A stretch of 63,281 nucleotides of DNA, filler included, from Collodictyon triciliatum (GCA_043381765.1; 7 parts of 7 records of this genome joined end to end with filler, not necessarily neighbours in it), one strand, 5' to 3'. Counted from the first letter of the whole stretch, positions 28,392 through 47,170 are shown. Numbers and translations: made by a program. Notes: a model not told the origin generated them from the letters alone.

Positions 28392-31300
28392 ATACACTTG
28401 TTTTTAAAATAGTAAAGTAAAAATAAAAATAGACACCTCTGCCGAAAATGATGTTTTTCCATTTCATTATTCGTACGGGTATCAAAGATGGTACGATTGG
28501 TGTGCAAAACAAGAAATCAGAAAGGTTTATTGGGATTTGTTTACATCAATAAGTCAAAAAATTATTGACCATGATTCAGTATATTCCAATCATACGAAAA
28601 TACAGTTTGTTAAAGTTTTCCAAACAAAAATTCGAGAAACAGACGCAGAGGCATTCTTTAGAACAGGCTTTTTAAGAAACATGTGTGAAATTATGAGAAA
28701 CACAGATGGCAATCGTTCAGCAGAGAATATTTTTGAACTTGAAGTCAAATGGTCGGTGTCTACGAAGATTAATGCTCAGAGCCCTGGTATATTTATGAAA
28801 TTAGCGCATCCAATACAGTCACCTTTTTTACTTGACGAGGAGTCACTCGACTATGAGCTTACTGACCGGTGCAGAGAACTTAAGGTTACATTTGATACGA
28901 TTCCAAAACAGCCCCTTATAATTAGGGCCAGCCATGTGCCTTGCAAACCACCAATAATAGAGAACATTCATATTTTGGCAGAGGCCACAACAATTGACCG
29001 ACGAAATGATTTTTCGGTGTCTATATCCGGTCTCAATTCAATTCCAAAAATGAGCGTGATGCAGTCCATAAGCAATGATACAAGCTGGAGCTCTGTTGAA
29101 CTACCGGAGAATCATTTTATAAGAGCGGATGGAACCTCTGACCCTAAGGAACTGAAGATAACATTCCATGAGAATACAGCATGTTTGAAACTATATAAAG
29201 TGTTTTTTAGCGGCAACACAACTTTGAGGCAGATGGAACCAATTAGTTATGTAAATCAAACGGCCGTCATATACTCTAATATTATTATTTCTTTGATGTC
29301 TGGAGGTCATACCTCAAGAGAAACCTTTTCCATCAATCAAAGCCGTGCAGCTTCCACTTTATCATCTGTAAGCAGCAAGGAATACGATGCTGTGGATTCT
29401 AGCAAACAAACACGATCTGACCCCAAAATAATATACCCATACCCATCCTCATCCCGATTTCAGTCCAAGAGTCAGGCCCAATTGATGCAACTATTTGGAA
29501 CCCAGGATAGCAAACCACTTTTAAGAGACCCTAGCTTGATTAAAAGATATCTATTTGATGACTATGGCTATAGATATGTCAGAAAGAAGACAGTAGAGGC
29601 AGACTCATACAGAAATGATGATGTAATTCAAATTGAAACACTAAGGCTATATTATCTGAAATCATCATTGAAATTTGTAAGTAATTTTGCAAAAAGCTGC
29701 AACTCTCCAAAATATCATATACAAAAAATGTCCACATGGATGGAATTTGATGATATGATGAGGGAGCAAGGATTTGAGTTTGTGAATGAAGAAGATGACA
29801 TTATTTGCATGGACGACACAGAATCCATGGACGAACTTGAATCCCAAGGAGATGAAGAAGCTTCACCCAGGATGATTGGGAGCGTAGATGTTTTAAAACC
29901 TCCAATTCTATTTAGACTTGAATCAAAAAAAGGAAGTGCATCCGACAGCAACATGCGAATATCAAATGATTCTGCGTCCGCTTCAAGTATGGCTTCACAG
30001 GAAAGCTTGTCTGAGGTGACTCGCAGCATCGGTCCAAGACAAGATATCAGCCCAAACTTTGAATCTGTAAGATGTTCCCAAAGTAACAGCAATAGTCGGG
30101 CAACCTTCAAGAGGAAGATTATCACTCCGAGCCGAAACGAGAATAAGTTTGAGAATGGAAATTCAATCAGATCAAAATACATGGTTCACCAGCGATCATT
30201 TGTAGAGACAGATACCATGGACAATTTGCTGATGTCTCATCTAAAGGTGATCCATGCAGCTCTCCAAAGAATTGGAAGTGAGGTCAACAATGATGACCTT
30301 GCCTTGTTGGCGAGGGATATCATTATTATCATTCAGTACCTGCTAAATATCCCCTTGGTTATACTTTGTTTGGATGTTCTCAAGCTGATACCTATTTATG
30401 ACTACAAATTCTTGGGGACTGCCTTGCCAGAGGAAGGCTTAGATGTTGAACATCAATCTGGACGCAGGAAATCCTCCTGGGTGAATTATGCAATTGGTAT
30501 AGTAACTAACAATAGAGAAGCTTGTGTAGATGTTCGAACACAAAATGCTAAATTGACATTTGAAAGGCAGCTTCGCAATGTCCTGTCAGAATCGATGATG
30601 TCTGCAAAACATCAGACTGCACAGAAATTGCAAGAGATAGCTGGCTCAAGAAAACACATTTCAAAACGTTACTTGTCGTCTTTGAGCTCGTTTTTAGATC
30701 AAACATTCAAAGCTGATGATTTGCCTGTGATGGAATTTACCAAAATGATTGAATCTAGCGCAGGAGACATTGTAACAAATCCTTTCTCTGTATCTTACTT
30801 GTTGAATTCTACATCTTTTTGGCAATTAGTTGGCTGTACTCTCGTCAGCAAATTATGTACACTGCCCGCATTGCATCAAGCTGTCGAAAAGGTAACATCC
30901 AGTGAAATGTGGAAATCCTTACATATACAGTATTCACACTCTTTAAACACAATCAAGTTGAAATTGAAGTGCTTCGAAAAAGCAAATACCGGAACACACC
31001 ATTACATCGTCAAAGTTTACATCAAGTTGGAGGATGAAAAGATGTTTATTTATGTAAGAAACCTGCCCTCCAACCAAACTTGCAGATATTGCCAAGCTAG
31101 CTGCCAATACAATCCTAGTGAGAGCGGTCGGCATATCGTTTGTGATGACCCTCACTGTGTGGATCTGGATATGATTTCGTGTGATAAACGTTTTGAATGT
31201 GGTCATGTTTGCTGCGGAATAAAAGGAGAAGACAATTGCCCTCCATGCCTTACGCCAGGTTGCTCACTGGATTCGCGTGTTTCATCTCAATTAAGCGAAG

Positions 31301-31983
31301 ATTGTGCTATATGTGGGGTCGCGTCATTGGTTTCGCAGCCATGTGTTCAGCTGCAAAGCTGTGGACATATTTTTCACTACAAGTGCATAAGAACAATTAT
31401 CGAAAATAGATGGCATACGCCATATATATCCTTCAACTTTTTTATGTGTCCTCTATGCAGATCACCGATGAAGGCTAGAATCTTGGATGACATACTCGAG
31501 CCCATCTACAACCTTAAGGCCAGGGTTCTGAGAATGGGAAGAGAGCGGATGATGTATGAAAATAACGAGTTGCTGGTGTTGCTTCAAGGGATGAACGGGG
31601 ATGCAGATTTGGTTGTCGATAAATACATTTTGGACACTTACGCTTACTATCTGTGTAGTAAATGTGAATCTCCTTATTTTGGTGGTAAGATAGACTGCCA
31701 CGAACAGGACATGGTTTCTAACCAGTCCTATTTGTGTCTATGCTGCTCGGATTTAGGCTCTTTATGCTCTAAGCACGATTCTGAACACCAAATTTTCAAG
31801 TGCCGATATTGTTGCTCCATTGGAACTTGGTAGTTTATTTTCTCACGTTTCCACTGAACACTCTGACGTTGATTGACGTGTCATATATTTTTATTACAAC
31901 TTTACATCTTCCTTATTTTTTCCATTTTAATATACAAAACGATATCTACATACACACTCATACACATACATACACATACATAC

Positions 31984-32054
<71 letters not shown>

Positions 32055-32069
32055 CACATACACATATAC

Positions 32070-32102
<33 letters not shown>

Positions 32103-32471
32103 TATACACATATACATATACATATACACATACACACATACATATACATATACATACACATACACATACACATACACATATACACACATATACACACACA
32201 TACACATATACATATACACATACACATGCACATACACACGCATACACACTTACGTGACAATCTATGCAATAAAATGCATATCAACAGGTTTTGCTACGGA
32301 AACCGTCACTATTGCGACCTATGCCATGATTACATTTCTGTTATCGATTCTCGGCCACATATGTGGAGCACTTGCATAGGTGGTGCATCTTGCCCTCTAA
32401 AATTAGACTTTCATCCGATTGCTGGGAATGATTTTGCAATCGGCTGTCAACTTTGCAGGCTGGGGACGTAA
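23158..32471 (+). CDS. Giant (~2,750 aa) E3 ubiquitin ligase with MYCBP2/PHR-type RING-H2 plus tandem-cysteine (RING-Cys-relay) C-terminus; 5' end uncertain
   Basis: The two giant ORFs join in frame via intron 28225-28432; last intron 31830-32287. [23 protein letters not shown]...CGHIFHYKC...RW...[75 protein letters not shown] match the MYCBP2/Highwire/RPM-1 C-terminus. Confidence 0.88.
31950..32250. repeat. (TACATA/TACACA)n alternating purine-pyrimidine satellite in the last intron of the E3 gene
   Basis: Read directly. Confidence 0.95.
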
Positions 32472-32660
32472 GTCCCGAGGTAGGAAAGGAAATCAAATAA
32501 ACATCATGTGAATCATGCTGCAAAGTAAAATCTCAGATTCATGAGCAATATATAGCCTAATGAAGATATTGAAATATCTTGACTGGCATGAGTGAATAAT
32601 ACCAAAAAAAAAAAAAAAAAAAAAGAAAGGGATGGGGGGGGTGAAAAAAAAAAAAAAAAA

Positions 32661-32700
<40 letters not shown>

Positions 32701-33605
32701 NNNNNNNNNNNNNNNNNNNNNNNNNNNNNNNNNNNNNNNNNNNNTTAATTAATTAANNNNNNNNNNNNNNNNNNNNNNNNNNNNNNNNNNNNNNNNNNNN
32801 TTTTTCCCTTTATCCCTGTTTTTCTTTTTCTATCTCCCACACATCACCACCTACTTTGGAACTACTTGCCTGATGGTTAAATGAAAGATTGTTGAGACGG
32901 GCTCGACAGCTACGGCTTTTAGAGTAAATGGAAATTATGTTCCGCTGATTTGCTTATAGCACTATCACCAGCCATCAACCCTTGTATTAGCGGTGAAATT
33001 AGATTCCACTTATAGGAAATTATTTCCACATATGTTCAATGTTCGAGCCTCCGCTCGGACACTTCAATATTTTTAATCAGAAAACACGGAGGGTCGGATG
33101 CCTAGAGCCACAGCCCAACGAAAAGAATCAAGAAAACAACAAAAACAACAACAACAAAAAAAAAAAAACACTCAAGCGGATCGAAGCCTTTGTCCCAAAG
33201 CTTTGACAAAACTCTGACTGGTATTTTATCGCTCGCCGACGTTCTAATATTCTGAAAGAAGCGGAAATCATGGGCTATTTGTAAGGCTCCAAAGTGTTTG
33301 ATCTTCACGCAACTTTCAGCACTTTGACTCGGGTTTTGAGTCCCGTAACGCTATTTTGCGATCATTTGGAGTCACTGAGCTGCGCCACAGTTTGGGGCCA
33401 GCCACTCTATTTATAAGTCTTGTTCAAAACGAGTTTGCCTTAAGAATTGCTGTCATAATCACCTTCATTCTCTGTGCTTTTAGTTTGCTCCTTCGTTTTT
33501 GTTTACTGCTTCCATTTTCTGATAATATCTGTCGAGGAAAACCGGTTTATTTGCTCCAGCCTTCAATATATTAATCAAATTAATCACCCTTTGGCCTTAG
33601 ACTAA

Positions 33606-36600
33606 ATGGAGCGCATATCTGTCCTGGAGCGTATCCGCCTACTTCACGAAGAGGTCGAACGCAGAGAGCGATCCATCTGCGAAGATTGGGAAAGGCCCGC
33701 GAAATCAGTAATTTTTATTCTCCTTTATTTTGATTTGTTTTGGTTTTTTGCCACTTCAATGGATATCAATTCTTTTGTTAATCTATGAATATCAACGCCT
33801 CCGCCTTTATTAATTTATCAAGGATGATTTTTATACAATTCGATGTGTATCATCTATGTCTGACATGCTCAGCCTATCTCTGGGCTCTCTTTCTCTTTTA
33901 CTTTAGTACTTGACATATTTATGCCTCTTAACTATTTACTCCGGAGCTGAAACGTGACAGTGATTTGAACAAAAAAAAAAAAAAAAAAAGACAATATTTC
34001 ACTCACAATGTCGCCTGATTTTGTTGGGTAGATGCACCACAACTTGGTTAAAATTTTATTCATTATGTTTAGTACAAGCATCAACTCGCGCAAGACCATT
34101 CGGTTAGCCATAACATCATCAAAATTCATGAAGCTTCGCAGGACCTGTCCCGATTTTATGCAGACGAAACAAAGTAAAAAAAAAAAAAGTCTATTGATTC
34201 TCTTGCACTGTCGCCCTATTTAATTTTCTGTACAATTTATTGGGCGTGAGAATATAAAAAGATTAATCTTTCCTGATCCAAGACCGTCCTTCAAATATAC
34301 GTATTATCGTATATGTCGTTGTTTGTTTATTTGTTTGTTTATTTGTTTGTTTGTTTATTTGTTTGTTTGTTTGTTTGTTTATTTGGACAGCAGACACTTT
34401 TTTAACGCAGTAAGGTGATATTATATAGGGAGAAGGAAAAAGAAGTAGCCTTGCTCGGTAGCCAGAGAACCAATCTCTTTTCTGTCTTTTACAGTCGCCT
34501 TAAAGAAATCCGAGAGTATCATTTTACTGTCTCTGAAGATCCAGCAAACTATGAAAACCCACAGGACTTCCGCCAAGGTTGGTTGCACATATTTTGGATT
34601 ATTCCAAAGCAGTGTTTTATTTCATTTTCTGGTTTACTTTTATATATTTATAGTCCTTTGAAATTTACACATGGTTCGTTTGAGAGTAACATAAGTCTTA
34701 TTGGTTTCCTATGTTTCTTGGCAACAATCACCATATTCAACCCACTTTAGTGTACAATAGTCTAGGAGATATGGACATATTTACCGGAGAGGAAATGCAA
34801 GGGAAAGTAATGGATCTGCATTCGTTTCACCAACGCTATATCAACATGCCTCAATTTACCAAAGTAGATTACCTTTCGTTCGTCAAAAGTGCATTCAAGT
34901 TTGACACAGTGCGCAGAGATGCAAAGAATGATGCTTATCACAAGTATGGTTCGATTGATTGCGACGATTCCACTTGGTTTCTCAAAATACAAACAGATGA
35001 TAAAATAAAATGGGTTCTTTATCTTTACCTTTTTCTTTTTTTTTTTTTGAAATCCTAACAGGTATTTGGATGATCTTTTTGAGTATTTGAAAGGCTTTCT
35101 CTTGCGTGCGGCTCCGTTGATGATTTATTCGTACGATGAAAAGGAAGTGAGTTCTTATTTTCTTTCCCTTAGTTTATGAAATAAAAAAAAGGATTTTTTT
35201 TTCAAAAGCTCTGTGCTATTTCTTTATTAATTTATCTTTTACCCATGGACGCACTATTTCTTGTTATTTTAAACTATTTGGAATCATTCGTAGTTCATGG
35301 ACAGTTTTGAGAAAGATCTGCAAGAAGGCCGTATTGCTGGATGGGAGCCCTGCTCAGATAATCCGCTCTTTTGCAAAGCATGCAACAAGCTTTTCGCCAA
35401 ACAAAGTGTCTTTGATGGACACTTGACAGGAAAAAAGCATCTGAAGGCTGTGGCTGATGCTGGACGTGGTGTTGTTGCGGTCTCTGGGGAGCTCACTGAG
35501 AAGCAGAAATCTGTATGCATTCTTGCTATAAAGAGCTTTTCCCTGACATATAAACTGATAAATAATAATTAAAAGAGTATGAAGATGTATTTCAAAAATT
35601 ACGACTAAAGAATCATATATATTTCTTTCTGAATTAATGCAATTATATGATTCTTTCCACAAGATTGCCTTGCTAGAAGCACGGATTGGTAAGTATGCGA
35701 GTCTGCTGCAGGAGAAGATTGAAGCAACCATATCAAATGTTGAAAAGAAGCAATCACAGACACTTGAGGAGCTCGAGAAGGAGCGTGAAGCAGAAGAGCT
35801 ATTGGAGCAGGAGGACGAAGAAGAGGATGATGATGAGGTAGAAAAGCCATTTTACAACCCTCTCAATCTGCCACTTGGTTGGGACGGAAAACCTATTCCT
35901 TTCTGGCTTTACAAACTGCATGGTCTGAGTATCGAGTATAAGGTAACTATATTTGTATATATAAAAAAAAACTATCACCGCTAGGACAAAATATTTGTGT
36001 GACTATTTTCCTAGAAATATAGCCAAGATAAAACCAAATATTAAAGGAACAAGAGATATAAAATATATATTATTATTATTAATTGATAAATATTACACGC
36101 CTTTCAAATTCATAACCCTTGTTATTCCCCTGTGAAATATGCACAGACACCTTGCTTAATTTAATCACTCCAATGCCATGATATACCCGCTGGACTTTAC
36201 AACATTCCTTTCTGATTTGTTTGTACTCTGCTAGTGCCAAATCTGCGGAGATGAGACCTACTTCGGGCCAAGAAACTTTGAGCGCCACTTTATGGAATTC
36301 ACACACATCAACGGGCTCAAATCACTCGGGATTCCAAACCTGCCCCACTTCAGAATGGTGACAGACAAAGAAGACGCCAAAGAGCGTAAGATGCATTTCT
36401 ATTGTTCTCTATCTTGCTTTCTTTGTGTTGGTGTTTAATCCCATATGTGATTCATCTGTGATGGGAAATCATATAGTGTGGAAGAGAATTCAGGCGCAGA
36501 TGCAAACAGCGTCGTGGAGACCGGACGTCGAAGAGGAGTTTGAGGACGCGTACGGGAACGTCTTCAGCAAGAAGCAGTTCGAAGAGGCACGACGCCAGGG

Positions 36601-36610
36601 ACTGATTTAG
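33606..36610 (+). CDS. SF3A3: Splicing factor 3A subunit 3 (Prp9/SF3a60)
   Basis: MERISVLERIRLLHEEVER; FYSRLKEIREYH; FTGEEMQGKVMDLH; CKACNKLFAKQSVFDGHLTGKKH; YNPLNLPLGWDGKPIPFWLYKLHGL; CQICGDETYFGPRNFERHF; EEFEDAYGNVFSKKQFEEARRQGLI*. Confidence 0.96.
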
Positions 36611-36972
36611 TTGGATGAAATACTCGCCCGACACAGTCATACGCTCAAAGGGCGATGCGGATAGCAGCCGAGCGGAGTGCAATAAAGACAGATAAACAAA
36701 AGAGAAACCATGTAAATGAAAAAGCAAACAAACAAAAAAAAGAAAAGGAAAAAAAAGAGTGAGTGGCATAAATATACTCATTTGCTCCAGAGTGATTTGC
36801 TCGATTCTCGAAAGAGATTCTTTTCTTTTATTGTCCCCAGGCTTGATTGCTTATGAATCCTGTTTTGTAGTAACACATCAAGGAATCAAAGGTGGTTTCT
36901 GCAGCTGCCTAGTCTCATGTGATTTTGATGCTTGTATCCAGTCTGTATATATATGTCTGTATGTGTCTTCAT

Positions 36973-42265
<5,293 letters not shown>

Positions 42266-42301
42266 TTTCTCCAGATTGAAAGTATCGCTGAGTGCACAAA
42301 T

Positions 42302-42359
42302 AACTCTGCCTGCAAAGGTCTTTGAATCGAATAAAGGGGAAAAAACTTTGCCTACATAG
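42302..42359 (+). mobile_element. Older retroposon tail with degenerate 16-bp TSD
   Basis: AACTCTGCCTGCAAAG / AACTTTGCCTACATAG (13/16) flank ...CTTTGAATCGAATAAAGGGGAAAA. Confidence 0.6.
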
Positions 42360-42431
42360 ATAAAAGATAAAAAAGATAAAAAAGATAAAAAAAAGATAAA
42401 AAAAAAGATAAAAAAAAAGAAAAAAAAAAAG

Positions 42432-42464
<33 letters not shown>

Positions 42465-42566
42465 NNNNNNNNNNNNNNNNNNNNNNNNNNNNNNNNNNNN
42501 NNNNNNNNTTAATTAATTAANNNNNNNNNNNNNNNNNNNNNNNNNNNNNNNNNNNNNNNNNNNNGA

Positions 42567-42660
<94 letters not shown>

Positions 42661-44911
42661 AGGAGTGAGAGTGAGAGTGGGAGTGAGTGAAAGAGAGAGC
42701 AAGCGTAACCACGTTCACCCGAAACAAAAAAAAAAAAACACAGAGAGGGCTATACATCCCTGCAGCCTGTCATGATGAAAAATTGTATATCAATGACTAG
42801 TTTGGCTGTAAGTTGTATTTTTTTTCATAGCTACTAAAAAAGTATGTTAGTGCTTGTTATGGGCGTTATGTGAAAATGAATGACATCAAAAAACAAATTG
42901 CCTATTTGTTCTGAGCCTGTGGGGGTGTTGACTTTATGGTTCTTGCAAGAAGGTAAGAAGGAATCATCGGGAAGTTGGATATTTTTAAAGTTGTTCGTTG
43001 GCGGTGTTGCTTTCTAGTATGGATATTCCTTGGGTGATTATGTCTTTGTGAATTCTCTTATTTTATTCCATTTATTTTCTCTTCATTTGTTCTGAATACA
43101 GAATCCACAGTTTCTCTCATTGCCACTTAAACATATACATATGCTTCGCCTCATGTGTCCGGCATGCGTCTGATGAATGCATTTTTATTTTATTTTGAGT
43201 ATTGCTGCCTCACCAAGAAGCAACATAGGCTAGTGACTGCGCTCTCACGTGGTATTTTTTGACTTTGTCTCTCCTCAGGGCCTTGCACATGCCAACTTTT
43301 CTTTCTTCCTTCTTCGATCTGGCTTGGTTCCCTATCACCACAAACACTGCGTCGATGATGTGTATAGTTCTGCGCTTTTTAACATAAACTAACAACACAG
43401 TTTTTGTAGCCAAGGTCTGGACTGCAGGGTCCAATCTGTAGTAAGGGTGTATTGTGACGTATTATATTGAAATAACTTTTTTTTTCTCCTCTACATCACA
43501 CAAGACCTTTGGCTTTCGAGAAGTGTGCTTGAGGTTTAAGTGTTTGCAGATACACTATGTTACCTTGTTACGACATTCACTGTGGTGTGGTAAAAGTTTG
43601 GGGTAATTGCACAGGGCAAGGAGAGAAAGTTTCTTCGTGACTAACTAGTGTTGCGTTTTGGTGTGCTATCCGAGAATGTGGTGTCCTTTCGTAGGGCAAA
43701 GAATGTAGCCCCTTCACCTGGGGAACTGGTTCCTTTCATATGCCTTTCTTTTTTCTTTGAGTTTTTCTCGTGGTTGATTATTTCTTCCAGAGACCTGTAG
43801 AATACAGAGCGAAGTGCCTCTTGCTTTTGCTCTACTTGAGGTGGTGGATTTAAGCATTTCGTATCCTTTTGTTACATTTCTCAAGGTCGAGCTCCAGATG
43901 CTTTGCTTTTAGTATTTCTCTCATCCAAGCGACCGTGTATATTTTTTTTCTCCATGGTAGGATAGCTGTTGTCCCATGGCTCGTCGAGATCTCACTCAGG
44001 TAGCAGCAAAAGTTTACAAGCAGTCTTCCTGCTTTGTGTTCAGTGCTGGCAAAAAAAAACCCCCGCCTCTATTTTCCTTAAGGAAATGCAGAAAAATAAA
44101 TGAAATGGATATACCTAAACATATATTGTGATGTCTAGGCTCGCGCTCGAACTCCATGGGCTGTATCTATGGTGTTTGGTACACAAGTGACTGTCAACCA
44201 TCCAACCAGTCGCTCCAAGTCAGTGAGGGTGTCCGGTTGAACACTTCAGTTACAAATAGTTCGTTGGTAAGGAAGGTACATGTTTTGCGATGCGTAATTT
44301 TGATGGGGAGTTTTTTTGTCCTTGGTGTTCATATGTGAGAAAAGCCAGATGTTTGCATAGTCTTTTTTTTTTCTTGTATTTGGTTGATTTTTTTTTTTGT
44401 TTTCAATTTTTGTTTTTCGTATTTTTGGGTGGAAGAGGTGGTGAAGATATTGCTATTTTATGAGACCTTGCCACTTGAATAATGAGTGTTGCAGAGATAT
44501 TCAGAGCACATAAATTGGTGGAGGTTTGTGGTTTAATTAGCGTCTGGTTGCGGTAGTTAGAGATATGAGTGTGGGCATTCATTTGGTGCATCTCTGCAAT
44601 GCAATTCATCGGCAGTGCTTTTTTTTTCTTTTGGGATGAGTGGTATTTTGGATGAAGATTTGTGGGTTTGGTTGGGCGGTTGAATTTCGAAGCTGACTTT
44701 AGAGAATGAGTTTCATGTGAGGTGATGGTGTTTTCCCTACATATATAAGATTTCATTATTGTTTACCGAAGCACAAAGCCAAATAATATACAAAGTTTTA
44801 GAGTCATACAACAGCACAGAGCATTTGCCAGCCAGAGGGATATTGACGACTTACAGTGAAAAGATGAAAGTTTTGATGAAACGTGGTTTAAGCTTCGGTA
44901 GCCATCGAGCC

Positions 44912-46582
44912 TTAGATTTGCTGGGCAAAAATCACAAGGCGGAACGGGGACACATCTGGATTGGCCGGGTCTGCTGCTGCAACTTCCGCGATGTAGCTGA
45001 GGTCAAGGTTATTCTGCTCCACATAACCGCGGCTGATTGTATATGCCTTCAGCGCTTGGTTCAGACTGTCAGCCCCTACAGCAGAGATGGCCACGCGCTT
45101 TCCAAGTCGGATGTTGGAAGCCACAGCGCCAGCAAGATACTTCACTTCAGTAGCCTGGGCAGCCTTCAAAATCACGTCGATGTGGTGTCTATCATGTCAT
45201 TTTGTATCCACATGTTTAGAATTTGATATGAATGTACTTGGATCGAATAAAGGAGGGGAAAAAGACTTTAATATGCATGTGCATCGATGTTGGGCATATT
45301 TTGAAGTTGGCTTAAGGATGCAGGATAATGTGGCTAACGGAGTCACACTTATATGTAGCATTTATATTCATTGGTGTACACACGTACTCAGCTTTGCGAC
45401 GAGTGGACTTTGTAATGGTATACTTGATTGCACTAAGCTGGTTAGAAACGACAACGAACTCAGAGTTGACGAGCAGTTCGATTTGGTCCTGGAGGAGATA
45501 ATCACGTGCGATGATGATTCCCTGGTAAATTGGATTATATTAGAGATATGGCATAATTTGTTATTGCTTCCATGATATGTTTTTGTTTTGTTTTTGAGGG
45601 TTTGGATACGATGATAACAATAATAAATAAATAAAAAAACGCTATTGGGAATAAAAATAAAAAAAAAACACTTTGGAATGAAATGTGTGCTAAATGTATA
45701 ATATGATGTATGTGCTCGTGAACGGATCGATGAGAAAGAATGAGAATACTTTAAATTAGAATCGAGGAAATGGTCAAGATATAGGAGGAGAACTTACTCG
45801 AACCATAAGCATATTGCAAACAGGGCCAATTGCCATGAAGCTGGGACATTCTCCACGACGAGCACTGGACGATAAAAGTGCAGCCACGCGATCTGCCGCA
45901 GTATCACGAACAACGCGATACGCCTGGTAAGTGCTATCAAAGTCAATTCCTACGCAATCATTGATTAAGCAATGAAATGTACATGACTTATTCCGCACCC
46001 ACTTGACACATACATACGGGTAAAAGAATACTAAGAAGAGAAGAAAAAAAATAGAACCAGAAGAAAAGCAGGAATGAACGCTAACTAAATGATGAGAATT
46101 TTCTTTGGGCACTCGTACATAACTTTCAAACTTCGAATGTCATGTATGGCCCAAGCTAACAGGATTGAGAGCTGGAATACCTTTGGCTTGGGGCTGGCCT
46201 TGAGCCTGTCCCTGTAGACGATCTTGGCGGTAGGGATGGTAACGGTCGCCGCTCTGTTCAACAGGTGCTCTGCGCTGCACAGGACGATTTGGAGGCCGGC
46301 CCGGAGTTGTAGAGCGTCCGCCGCGGCCTCTTACAGGACCCGATGATTGCCCACGGCCGCGCGCTGCACATAGCAAAAATATATATATTCAGGAGGCTAC
46401 GCTTGGACATGAGTCTTTGATGCAGAAGCACAAGTGCGCGTAGTTTTTGGGTGGGAGCACCTGGAACGAAAGTCTGGGTCATTTTGACAGGGCAATAGAG
46501 GTGCGTCATGTTTGCGTAGAGTGGAAGCCTTACTGGAGACTCTTCGTATTGTCGACGACGATGCCTGGTTAGCTTCTTCCAT
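44912..46582 (-). CDS. Tandem SpoVS-domain (Alba-like fold) protein with an N-terminal RG/RGG-rich disordered region, ~260 aa
   Basis: Five exons with phase-consistent GT-AG introns: 46582-46534, 46363-46161, 45923-45798, 45521-45388, 45188-44912. Repeat 1 YRVVRDTAADRVAALL...FMAIGPVCNMLMVRGIIIARDYL...SAIKYTI; repeat 2 ILKAAQATEVKYLAGAVA...ISAVGADSLNQALKAYTISRGYV...FRLVI. Confidence 0.85.
45218..45280 (+). mobile_element. Degenerate retroposon tail with 18-bp TSD in the last SpoVS intron
   Basis: AGAATTTGATATGAATGT / AGACTTTAATATGCATGT (15/18) flank ACTTGGATCGAATAAAGGAGGGGAAAA. Confidence 0.6.
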
Positions 46583-47122
46583 TCGGCTGCGATGTTGTGT
46601 GGCTCTTTGGGCGCTGTGTCCTGCTTCTGGATTTGGTTTAGTTTCGTTGGCGTTGTTGGCCCCGTGCAGAATATTCTTGCCACTCTTCAATAGAGTCTGT
46701 GCCTTTGGACACAGGGCTGAGATCGTTTAGGGTGGGGAATACCAACAAAGACAAAAACAAAAACAAAAACTAAAACAAAAAAAGGGAATGAAGAGTGAAT
46801 GAAAATGTGTGGTATCTGCTTCATAGCCCGAGCAAGTGAGTATACGCTAGGTGAAACCAGACAATTAAAAAAAATCACATATTTCGTGTTGCTTCCTAAG
46901 CTTGTATTGCAATTCGTAGGTTGTTGCCCTTCGACGTGCTCTGTGCGAGATTCGCGACCGCCTTCGTTTGAGAAGTTTGGCGTTGAGATTCGCACCGAAG
47001 AAAAAAACAAGGTGTTCTTCCTTGTCTCTTTGGTCTTTCCCAGATCGCGACCAATAATTCGCATCATATTCAATAGATTTATTCATATTTGGATATAAAG
47101 TGAATTGGAAGATATATCTAAC

Positions 47123-47170
47123 AAGTATATATCTACAATTTTTTTTTCCTTTAAGTATATATCTACAATT
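47123..47170 (-). mobile_element. 12-nt insertion (AAAGGAAAAAAA on the minus strand) with perfect 18-bp TSD
   Basis: AAGTATATATCTACAATT at 47123-47140 and 47153-47170 flank TTTTTTTCCTTT. Confidence 0.6.

Noticed and set aside
31800-32379. YI/HI/YT/CV repeat ORFs
   Set aside because: They come from the intronic (TACATA)n satellite; only 32288-32471 is coding.
42760-44340. Scattered minus-strand exon-like segments
   Set aside because: I could not assemble a consistent reading frame or recognise a domain.
44912-45188. SpoVS as bacterial contamination
   Set aside because: The gene has four spliceosomal introns, one carrying a host retroposon scar, and shares a gap-free scaffold with calnexin.
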